NCBI GenBank assembly: GCA_951406725.2
Contig: OX597817.1
Coordinates: 33,728,001-33,792,000, forward strand
Direction: 5' to 3'
Source: Octopus vulgaris
Lineage: Eukaryota
DNA: 64,000 nt
Part shown: positions 54,140 to 64,000 of the stretch, piece by piece
Numbering within the stretch: the stretch's first letter is position 1
Layout of the letters: each line of letters begins with the position of its first letter
Position numbers and translations under genes: made by a program
Notes under the pieces: model-generated
The model's input: only the letters and a program-made list of their open reading frames with translations
The model's database searches: none
Told to the model about the DNA's origin: nothing

Positions 54140-54674
54140 TTTATATAGCCATCTATATAGTAAAGCCACTTACAAAGTGTGTAAATTATAGATCAAGGTT
54201 GACAAATTTGTTTCTAGCTACTTTGCCAAATATTGCATTGAATCATAGTTGGGATAAACTCTTCTGAAAATGAGACCCTCATAGTATGTAAGGCTATCCT
54301 CAATGCTATTATCAGAAAGGATACTGGATTAATCTACAGAACAACTGGATCGCCACCATTATTAAATGGTTCCATGGTACTGATAACAAAGCAGCCTGCA
54401 GATTCACCCAGTTTGAGATTATCAAATTTTATGCTTCCAATTTGAAACCTCTCTTCTTGATAACCCTGAACTTAAGAAATCTTTTCACATAGATTAGCAA
54501 TCTTGTTATTAGAATAGTCAGGAACACTAAGAAACCACTTTTATATCATGACAACTTCTACTACATCAAAGAGGAAGGTGATTTGTTATTTAAAATCTTT
54601 ATAGGGAACTATAACAGGACTGAAGTCATGGACTTTACAGGATTATTTATCCTAAACACCCTCAAGAAGTGCAT

Positions 54675-54708
<34 letters not shown>

Positions 54709-55700
54709 GTCACAACCCAAGTTTGTACAGGAACACTAGCCTAGCAGTTTCAAATGATATGTACAGCCATACCATTGATTGAAGAAAGAAGAACAGGAAT
54801 TCTCAAAGAGTTGGTCTAAAAATATGTATTATCACCAGTCTAACTAAAGACATTATTTTAAACTTCAAGGCAGTCTAATGATGAAACCATATATATTTAT
54901 AGGAATTCCACCCAACAATACAATTGCCACTGCCCCCAGCTATAACTAAAAATATAGTAGCTGGTATTAATAGAATTTTCAGTTTATTCTCAGATAGAGT
55001 CACCTTCAACAGGTTCACATTCTAGTACAAAGCATTAATGACTTTAGTGAGAAATTACAATACAAAAGGGATTCACCATCCACCAAAGACATGGGAGATA
55101 ACTTGGTTCAGTCCTCCATCTCAACCTAGATGTCTCAACAAACATAGCCAAGAACTCTTTATCCTTCATTAGATATCATTTCCCAAATACACATAAATAC
55201 TACAAAATTTTTAACATGCATAATGTTATGGTATTATTACTGCCTAAATAACATCTTTTCCAATATCACACAACAACAAAAAAAAACAATACACCTATGC
55301 AGTCCTTTCTCAGGCATCTGCCTGCCCACTGAAGGGATTCTTCCTTCTCATGATAACTCTCACTCCACCTGACAGTAAGCTAAGGAACTGCACAGGACTC
55401 ATAGCCATCAACTTCAAAGGAAGTTAACTTAGCATATGTACTGCATCAGGTTTCAGCATAGAGAAAATACCACCTTTCTTTCCTGTTTCAACTGGACACT
55501 TAAGAATCAGTGAAATGATCTGTCCAGCATAAGGGAGTATACTTAATAAAGCTCTCCTTTATTTACTTGGTGCTTATAACTGTTATCCTTGTCTTTCTGA
55601 GAAACTTCACATATTGAAAGAACCCACAGTATCTCCAATCAAGAAGACTAAACTCTGATATAATTATCATCAATAGATCCCCTCTGTTAGCTGACTTTAA
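54140..55700 (+). mobile_element. Degraded Penelope-like element (RT plus GIY-YIG region)
   Basis: FTQFEIIKFYAS, IGNYNRTEVMDFTGLFIL, LYRNTSLAV, WFSPP..NLDVSTNIAK...HFPNTHKYYKIFN and CYPCLSEKLHI follow the PLE motif order. Confidence 0.8.
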
Positions 55701-55891
55701 ATTAATAATAGAATTTCCAAGGAAAGCAAGAGAGACTACTCTTTTCTACTACATAAGAGTTATCCCTCATTCATAAGTCATTCAATTATATCACTTCATA
55801 GTCATCCAAATACCAGCACCAGATGGAGTGGCTTCTTCACACATATATTAAATCTAAAGTTAACTAGTTAATATATTCTAAAAAGACATAC

Positions 55892-56028
55892 ATGGAGCAT
55901 AAAACATCACAAGGACTGACGAGTGTTCAGCTAGAAAGCTGTCAAAGGTGATCTTTGACAAAGGTTCAACATTTGACTCATCATCAAACAAAGATGCATC
56001 TTTTTCTGCTTCTTTTGGTGGTGTAGGG
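55892..56028 (-). CDS. PDIA5: PDIA5-like exon (PTPPKEAEK...EHSSVLVMFYAP)
   Basis: ttttcag / gtatgt; 137 nt; EHSSVLVMFxAP as in PDIA5. Confidence 0.93.
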
Positions 56029-56229
56029 CTGAAAAATATCAAAAGACAAATAAAGTCAGAACATATTTCAGTTATATTGTACATTTGTATTAAAAATAAA
56101 GAAAATATTACTAATAAGCAGTGAAACTGTTATAAGCAACTAAAATTAATCTAACAATACAAAGGAACCATTAAAAATATCCTCTCTTTTACTTTCATAA
56201 CTTTGTCCATCAGTTTGATATCTCTGTAG

Positions 56230-57470
56230 GTGTTTCATTCTAAAGCATCTGTTTTGCCCTTCCTTCTTTATCTTGATGATGACATCAGAATGTCAATCAT
56301 TGAGAATGATCTCTTCCTTTACTACCTGATTGCCTATACAAGTGACTAGTGTATACCCCACTTTACTGAGTAATTTTAATATCTCTGATATAATTCCTAA
56401 CGATCCAGCTGCTTCCCTACCTTTATATCTTCAATGGACAGTTATTTTTAGTCTATATAGCTATTAATTTCAATTTATTATCCCTCAGTTAGGTCTACTT
56501 GAGATAATTTGTCTCTCCTAAGCATTCTCCTTATTCAGCAACCTCCCAAAATATAATTTCCATGCCTTTTCCTTCCTAGTTTTAGTGAGAACATGTGTGT
56601 CACTCATAATATTCTCACCAATAACATCTTGTTTCATACTGACATGCTACAATCCACAATATCTCACACCTCTGATTCTCATGTCACAAAATATAACCAA
56701 ACCTCTTATTTTCTGTTTCTCTCCTTGCTAAGTATATCTAACATCAAGTCTCTCTTCTAGTTACCGGTTATTATATCTTGCCCCCTTCCCTTTCTTCCAT
56801 TCTTTCCAGGTTGTCTCTCAGCTTTTATAGTTCTATCTACTGAATCATTTTACTGCCACATCACCTTCTGTCTGGTTGAAACTCTGTTTCATCTACAGAT
56901 CAGGTCTGTGACTTTCAGCAGAATGTCTCACAAACATTCCTGGTTGTCCTTTGAATTATAGGTCACTGTTGCTTTCTGCTTTCCAACATATATGTCATTT
57001 AATATTTCTTTAAACTTACATCTGGCCAGAAAATTTTTCAGCTTTCATACCTTCCTTCTTTATCTTGTCTTGTGTCTCTAGATCCATTAGGCACTTACTC
57101 TGATATCACTAATCACTAGTCTAAGCTGAGAAGTACTTACTACATAACAATCTATTTTGTTTCCGAGTGAAATTAATCAATTAATTGGTATATTTCCTGA
57201 AGTTATTATTGCAAATGATTACTTTGTTTATATCACAGAACTCCAAAAGCCTTGAGCCTTTTTCTATGTACTAAAAGCATAGCCTCTATATCCTTTGGAA
57301 AAGCATTTGAGATGATACCCAACATATCCATTAAAGATCCTAGTTATGCTAATAAGTTAGTCAATAGTCATCCAGATACATTACAAGAAAGCCTCACAGA
57401 GATGGGCATTTTATTGATCAGCCAATCTTGATTGTGGTGCATATGCTGAGATCACTTATTTCAAGAGAGA
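56230..57470 (-). mobile_element. Degraded RTE-clade LINE, AP-endonuclease region
   Basis: Minus strand ISAYAPQS (about 57430-57453), RLLEFC and TSQLRLVISD; many stops. Confidence 0.6.
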
Positions 57471-58299
57471 TTATTTATATCTCCAACATTCACAAGTAAG
57501 ATTTCACACATTCAACAGAATACAGCAAATGCAAATATTGTAAACAGCTACTCATGATGGCTCTGAGTCTAACATAAAAGTTTCAATTATGATCAATTTT
57601 CTAATGTCTCAAATCAATCATTAGGGTTTTGATTATTTTCCCATCAGTCAATTTAACCACTGATTGAATAGTTATATCAGTTCGAAAATTAACATTGCTG
57701 GAAAATGTGCTTTATGGCAGGAATAAACCATAAACTAGAAGGACCAGCTTGTCTGTTTGTCAAACTGATGGGTACTCAGGTGGCTGGCTTGTTCCTTGAC
57801 ATTATTATTGTAAATTCACATCACACAACTTCGAGATTCTTGAACACATTCCTGCTATCCTTATATGAAGGTATGGACTGAATGTATGGTTAGCATGACA
57901 AACAAGGAATAGGCAGGAACTCATTATTCTGATAGTGCAAGAAGCCAAGTCTAGCAAACTAAGAGTGGATTCACTGGAATGAAATACCATAATGATTAAG
58001 AGTGTGGTTAGATGAGATGGTGAATCAGAAAAACAAAAAATTTGTTACTTTGTGAGGAAGATGGATCTAAGAACATTATAGTTATTAGGGTTTGAAGTGT
58101 ACAGATATTTAAGGAATTGCAATTTTTGTTAGTATTGATAGTTCTATCTTTTTATATGTACAAAAAAAAAGAACAATAAGGTTTTCAGTGAGATAGATTG
58201 TTGCCTGAAAAGTAACAGAGATACAATACATTGAAATGGAAGGAATTGACTTCAAAATCTGAGCAGTATTTATGCAGTATTCTGTGATAAAATGCTTAC

Positions 58300-58368
58300 T
58301 TTGACATCCATTTAACGATTCCACTTCTTGTATTTTCCCCGCCATACTGAAATAATGATTTTCCATTT
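58300..58368 (-). CDS. PDIA5: PDIA5-like exon (NGKSLFQYGGENTRSGIVKWMS)
   Basis: tttgcag / gtaagc; 69 nt, phase 2 to 2, in frame with both neighbours. Confidence 0.88.
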
Positions 58369-60768
58369 CTGCAAAACATAAATTGATCTTTATTTTAACC
58401 AAAATCAGACAATATCATATTTCAGTTCCCTGTCAACAAAGTTCAGATACATCATAATTATCTGTTTACTCTTAGCTTTAAAATACTTCACACAATAGTT
58501 TACTTAGTTGTTTAATTGTTAAAATGGTTCCCTTTTGACTACAGAAAAATGCCCTATATTTTGGAAATTTGAGAAGTATAGTTTAGTCAACTAGTCCTTT
58601 TATTCTGTGTATTTAAATTATCAACCTTAGAGGAGCATGAACTGAAAAACAGTGATGTGTCAAACTATTTAACTATTTACAATAAAGCATGATATTCAGT
58701 GTTGTACTGTTGGTAAATAAACATCAGAGAAGTAAAAACTACTTAAAGATGTTGCAAGTTCTTCCTTTGGTAACTAAAGCTAATGCATTCTTGGGAACCT
58801 GCCTGTACTTTCAATGGATAACTCAGTCATAAGTATTTTGCTCCTTAGCTTGTAAACTTCACCTGAGTGGGGCAATAAGGATTGAATCAGCTTTTGCCTA
58901 CAGAAGGAATCCATCTACAGTCTCTCACCAACTACAATCACCTTCAGCTAGTCTCTGATGCCATGGCTATTTCCCTAGTGACTTTTCTTCAGTTGTTTGG
59001 GCTCTATGGCCATCTTCTGCAAGAAATAGTCACTGATCTTCAGAGAAACACTAATGATTGTTTGTTGGTTATAATGAAAGAGTTTTAATCAACAAAACAA
59101 CTTGGGTATTTGTTAAATTAAAAAGTTTTTAATACCATGGAAGTATTTATGAATAATAACAAACTAAAAAAATCCCTCGTTGTACTCATCATTGACAAAA
59201 ATTAATTATAATGTGGTCCTCTTAACAGCATAAGACCTTTTGTCAATTCTAGTTCTTTTCATTTAGTTTCTAATTTTTCGCAATACTATCAACTTTCAAT
59301 TAGTTTTCAGCACACCTTTAATTGTCATCTGCTTTCTTAGTTCAATTACACTTTATTATATCATTATTGTTTTAATGTCTACTTTTCTGTGCCTGCATGG
59401 ATCAGATGAGACTACTTTGAAACAATATTTTACAACCAGGTACCCTTCATGATGCCAAATGTCAACTGTTTCCAAGCAAAGTAATAATCTCATAATCCCC
59501 TAATATATTGACCAATGAACATTTCAGATATACTTTTGTGTGGGGACTGGAAACACATGACACAATTTATATGAACAGTGGATCTTTAGTTTCTAATCAG
59601 TGCACACAAGTGCAGAAGAGGGTAACTACAAACTGACACACACATGAATGTGCATGTACATGCATTCGTATATCACACACTACATATATATATACCAAAC
59701 CACAAACCATGTAGCTCTGAAGTAAACTTCTTAACCATAGTTGTGACTTTGTCTGTAATACACCATATTATATATTACATATTAATTTCTACTTAGTTTT
59801 GTAGAGTAAGATAAACATGATCCTACCTCACTTTTCAAAGGAGAAAGAAACTTAAAACTAAATTCCAAATCAAAAGATCAGAAATACCACAAGACGTGGT
59901 TTTCCATCAAAAACCCAGCCTTCCTTGAAGTGGCAGCCCACAGACTTGCTGTAAATGATGACAAAGTTAAGCATTAGCACCTCTAGCATTGTAATAGAGA
60001 GCTTGTCTTGACAGTACAGATCCCAGAAATAGAAACAAATATACTGGAAATAGTATTCTAAAGCTGTAAAAATAGAGCTTTGTATCAACATCCAAGACAA
60101 CAAAAACAGAATTTTGTGCCCTCACACAAAGAACAACAAAAATTAAACTTTATACTGAAACTGAAAAAAGAAAACAGAACTAATTTCTATGATTTTGAAT
60201 TTTGACACAAGGCCAGCAGTTGTGGGAGAGTGGGTAAGTTGATTAGATTAATTCCAGTAATCAACTGATATTTATTTTACCAACCCCCAAAAGGATGAAA
60301 GCTAAAGTTGACCCCCAGAAGAATTTGAACTCAAAATGCAGAGACAGACGAAATGACATTCAGCATTTTGCTCAGCCTGCTAACAATTCTTATTTCTTTA
60401 TTGCCCACAAGGGGCTAAACATAGAGGGGGCAAACAAGGACAGACAAAGCGATTAAGTTGATTACATTGACCCAGTGTGTAACTGGTACTTAATTTATCA
60501 ACCCCAAAGGATGAAAGGCAAAGTCGACCTCAGTGGAATTTGAACTCAGAACGTAACGGCAGATGAAATACCGCTAAACATTTCGCCCGGCGTGCTAATG
60601 TTTCTGCCAGCTCACCACCTTGTTAACCTGCTAACAATTCTACCAGCTTGCTGCCTTAGAAGTATAAATATGAAATTTGATTCAATATGGTAACGCTTAA
60701 AGAAACTGTTAGCTTGTAAAAGTAAACCTAAATTCATTGAAATTTACTAGTTTCATATGTTTACTTAC

Positions 60769-60860
60769 TCAAAGTAAAAGATGGTTGGGAAGCCAGTGAT
60801 GTTGTACTGCAATCTTAACTGGAAAAACTGAGGGTTGTCTGCATCCAGACCAGCTAAAAT
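60769..60860 (-). CDS. PDIA5: PDIA5-like PDI, first exon in window (ILAGLDADNPQFFQLRLQYNITGFPTIFYFE)
   Basis: cttacag acceptor, GA|gtaagt donor, 92 nt; thioredoxin cis-Pro motif GFPT; resembles human PDIA5 VLAGM...GFPTICYFE. Confidence 0.9.
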
Positions 60861-62573
60861 CTGTAAGCATAAAATTGTTATTCATTGAAATATAAACAGC
60901 AACACATTACTATCCTTATTTGCTGGCATGAATTTAATATACAGACAATATGACAGGCAAAGAATAAGCAGGCACTCAATATTCTGTGGTTATTTACATA
61001 ATGCTAGTGCAAAAAATCTAATGTTATTTCTAGCAAACTAATATTAGATTCAATGGAATGTAATAATACAATTAACAGTCATGAAGAATGTGGTTAGGTA
61101 AAATGGCAAACTGAAACTTTAAACTTTAAAAAATCTGTTATTTTGTAATGAAGATAGAATTAAGATATATTAGCTAGGGTTTCAAGTATACAGATATTTA
61201 GGGAAATGCAATGTTTGTTAACAGCAGTGGTTCTTTCTACTGTGCAAGCAGTATACTATCTAATAAAACTGCAAGTGCCATAATTTACTCACGTAAGTGC
61301 TTTCAAGTGCCATAAGTTTACTAACAAATCATTTATCAGTTGCTAAAATTCTCATCCCAATATCCAGTTTTCAAAGTTTGTAGGAATTGGATGAGTCTTA
61401 CAATAAAACTTTCTACCCAGTTTTATCTTGCTGTAATTCTTCTGTAAAGCCAAGCACCATAAAAACCAATGTAATTTACACATTTTTTTTTTTTCACAAA
61501 AATAAAAATAAGCTTTAAGGGTGTGTAAATTTCATGAGTAAATCGTTTCCAGAATTTTTGTTAGAAATTGTTTTTTTGTTGAAAAAAAAGACATACAAAA
61601 TGTAAACATTCGTACCAGAAGTTAACTCATTTAATGTCAGAATAGGTTTTTACAGAAAAAATAAGGGCTTAAATATAATGAAGTTGGCTTTATTTATACT
61701 GGATGGCATAATGCTTACTTTTTCTGTATAAATTTACTAAAACCATTAATGTTTATTGGTAATTAAACTTAATTTGCAACACTTGTGCATATCTATCAGC
61801 TTTGTTTTTGTTGATAATTCTTGTCAATAACTTTTCCTGTGATTGTGATTTGAGAAGACATACAGCAGTATGCTACAGATCAGACGTAATCTCTTTTGAG
61901 CAAGAAATGTAAAATAAAGTTTATTATAAACAACATTGTTACTTAATAGCTTTTAATGTGATACCTGTTAAACAGAAATTATATTTATCTAATGAAAATT
62001 TAATAAAATCTAATCATAAGTAAGTGAAATTATGCTAAATACAACTAAATTGAAAACCTTTTTCCCTTGGCCATATCAGCAATTTCTCAAAACTTTGGGG
62101 TGCAAATTTTACATGAGTAACAAATTTTATCCTGAAAATCACCCACATAAATTACACAGGTGCACAAATTACACAGGTTTTTACAGTACTCTCTTAAGTC
62201 TCCTCTACTGCCTCTGAAGACTTTTTACTACACAACTCCCAGCACGTCTTCCAATGTTATTTTCCATTCATATTGCCATGTCTAAACTAGTGTGAACTTC
62301 TCTTTTGTACAATTTGTTATTATTTTTGAAATATTAATTAATTTCGTAATTCATATCCGTTCAGCAATTCTCCCAATTAGAATTTCAAGTCAAATCCAGT
62401 TACATTCAGTTAATTATTCTCTTGTCACTGCAGATACAGACCCTGTTTTACTTGCATATAGCATCAAACTTCATACTTTTGTTCCAATAGAGTTTTCCTT
62501 CATATGCAGAGAAGAAAAAACAAAAAAAAAACCTTCATTTTTCAACAGTTCACAAATCATCTTTTAATATTAA

Positions 62574-62877
62574 CTAGCAGTATCGCCCGGCGTTGCTCGG
62601 GTTTATAAGGGAAATAACTATATAAGCATTTTTAGAGAGTTACTTCCCTTATATAAACCGAGCAAAAAATGCATTAAAAAACGAAAAAAATGATGGTAAA
62701 TTTTTTTTAAATCGTAGATTCATCGTAGACGCGCACTAATACCCAGAAGGGCTCAATATGAATCACGACTATAAGATACCCACTTTTGGTTAAACTGCAC
62801 CGCAAAATGTGGGAGTAGTTAGGAATCTAAATCGGAGAAGACAGACTCTCACACAACTTCAGTTTTATATATAAAGA
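62574..62877 (-). mobile_element. Helitron-like element with the same termini but a different interior
   Basis: Reverse complement starts TCtttatatataaaactgaagttg and ends aaacccgagcaacgccgggcgatactgCTAG. Confidence 0.75.
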
Positions 62878-63550
62878 TATCTAGTAAAGAGTGGTGAGCT
62901 GGCCAGAACGTTAACATGCTGAGCAAAATGCTTAGCACATTTCGTATGTCTTCATGTTCTAAGTTCAAATTCTGCTGAAGCTAACTTAGCCTTTCATCCT
63001 TTCAGGGTTGATGAAATATGTACCAGTTAAAAACTGGTGTCGATATAATTGACTTACACCCTCCCCCAAAGTTGCTGGCTTTGTGTCAAAATTTGAAATC
63101 AATCTTAATACCTAGTAATATACAAATAATTCCACCTTCATAAATCCATTACTGACCATATTATCTATATGGCAGAATTTATCTGCAATTCATAGCAATT
63201 CATTTAAATTGTTCATAGTCTTTTGTTCATCAATGTTGACACAGCTGGCTATTATGGTATATCTAGCACACTTGAAATTTGATGCCCTGTCAATCTATCA
63301 TCCAACAGCATTTTTAGTGTAATTACTGTCCAGATTAGCTACATAGTTCATATTTACATCCTTTTCTGGCACACAACACAAGATCACATGAAGCATTCTA
63401 GACCCAACCAGACTGCAAAGAATAGTACCTAATCAAAAACATCTAGGTCAATAAATGAAAAATTCCAAGAAGTATATGAATGCCCTAAATGGCTGATAGG
63501 AACATAAGATATTTAACAAATGTTATGGCTTTTATTTTATATATCATAAA

Positions 63551-64000
63551 CTAGCTTAAGGTGATCCGCTCTACGTGCGGGTGAGGGTGTGGTTGTTACT
63601 TTCTGTTTCTTATCACCACACTCTCCCTCTTTGTTTCTCTCTCCTTTCTCTCTCACTTTCCCACTCTCTTACTCTTCCTTTCTCTCGGACTCTCCCTCGC
63701 TTTCTATTACTCTCTATCTTTCTCTATCTATTTCTCTCCCATTTATAAACATTAGATTTCCATGCTTAAATTAAAAATCTGCTTCTGTTGAAAATTTGAT
63801 TGAAATCGGGCAAAAGGTGTCCAATCTAGACCCCCAAGTGTCACCAAAAATCAATAAAATCCCCATTTTCATACCAAAGCAACTACTGTAGCGCCCCCAA
63901 AACGTCTCCCAATCAATTTCTCACCTCAAGTTACCCCCTCCTGTAAATTTTAATCTCCTTCCAGCCCCATTTAGACCCCTTTTTACATAAAAATCCAATT
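63551..64000 (-). mobile_element. 3' end of another Helitron-like element, running off the window
   Basis: Minus-strand hairpin ccgc..gcgg followed by aagCTAG|T; upstream extent uncertain. Confidence 0.45.

Noticed and set aside
60861-64000. Search for the upstream PDIA5 active-site exon (WCxxC of the preceding domain)
   Set aside because: No exon with suitable splice sites and motif was found; it presumably lies beyond the window

Overview
AT-rich, microsatellite- and SINE-dense eukaryotic genomic DNA. The repeat families and intron style suggest a coleoid cephalopod such as Octopus (inference). Nearly all ORF-track entries are spurious. Two spliced genes were rebuilt by hand from GT-AG sites and codon phase. 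(1) On the + strand are the last three coding exons (613-703, 4985-5056, 8941-9098) of a small 12-cysteine, double-knottin, prohormone-3/ITG-like peptide gene that the ORF track largely misses. (2) On the - strand are the last 16 coding exons (60860 down to 27668; 553 aa plus stop) of a PDIA5/PDIR-like protein disulfide isomerase. It has two WCGHC sites, two extra C-terminal thioredoxin-like domains (one lacking active-site Cys, one CSNC), an obligatory 13-nt micro-exon and a KEEL ER-retention end. Both genes start outside the window. The rest holds several SINE families and remnants of Merlin, maT/DD37D, CR1, RTE, R4-like and Penelope-like elements, plus Helitron-like and piggyBac-like non-autonomous elements. 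There are also minimal hammerhead ribozyme motifs, one in a 359-nt terminally redundant retrozyme-like unit and one downstream of a tRNA-like head.
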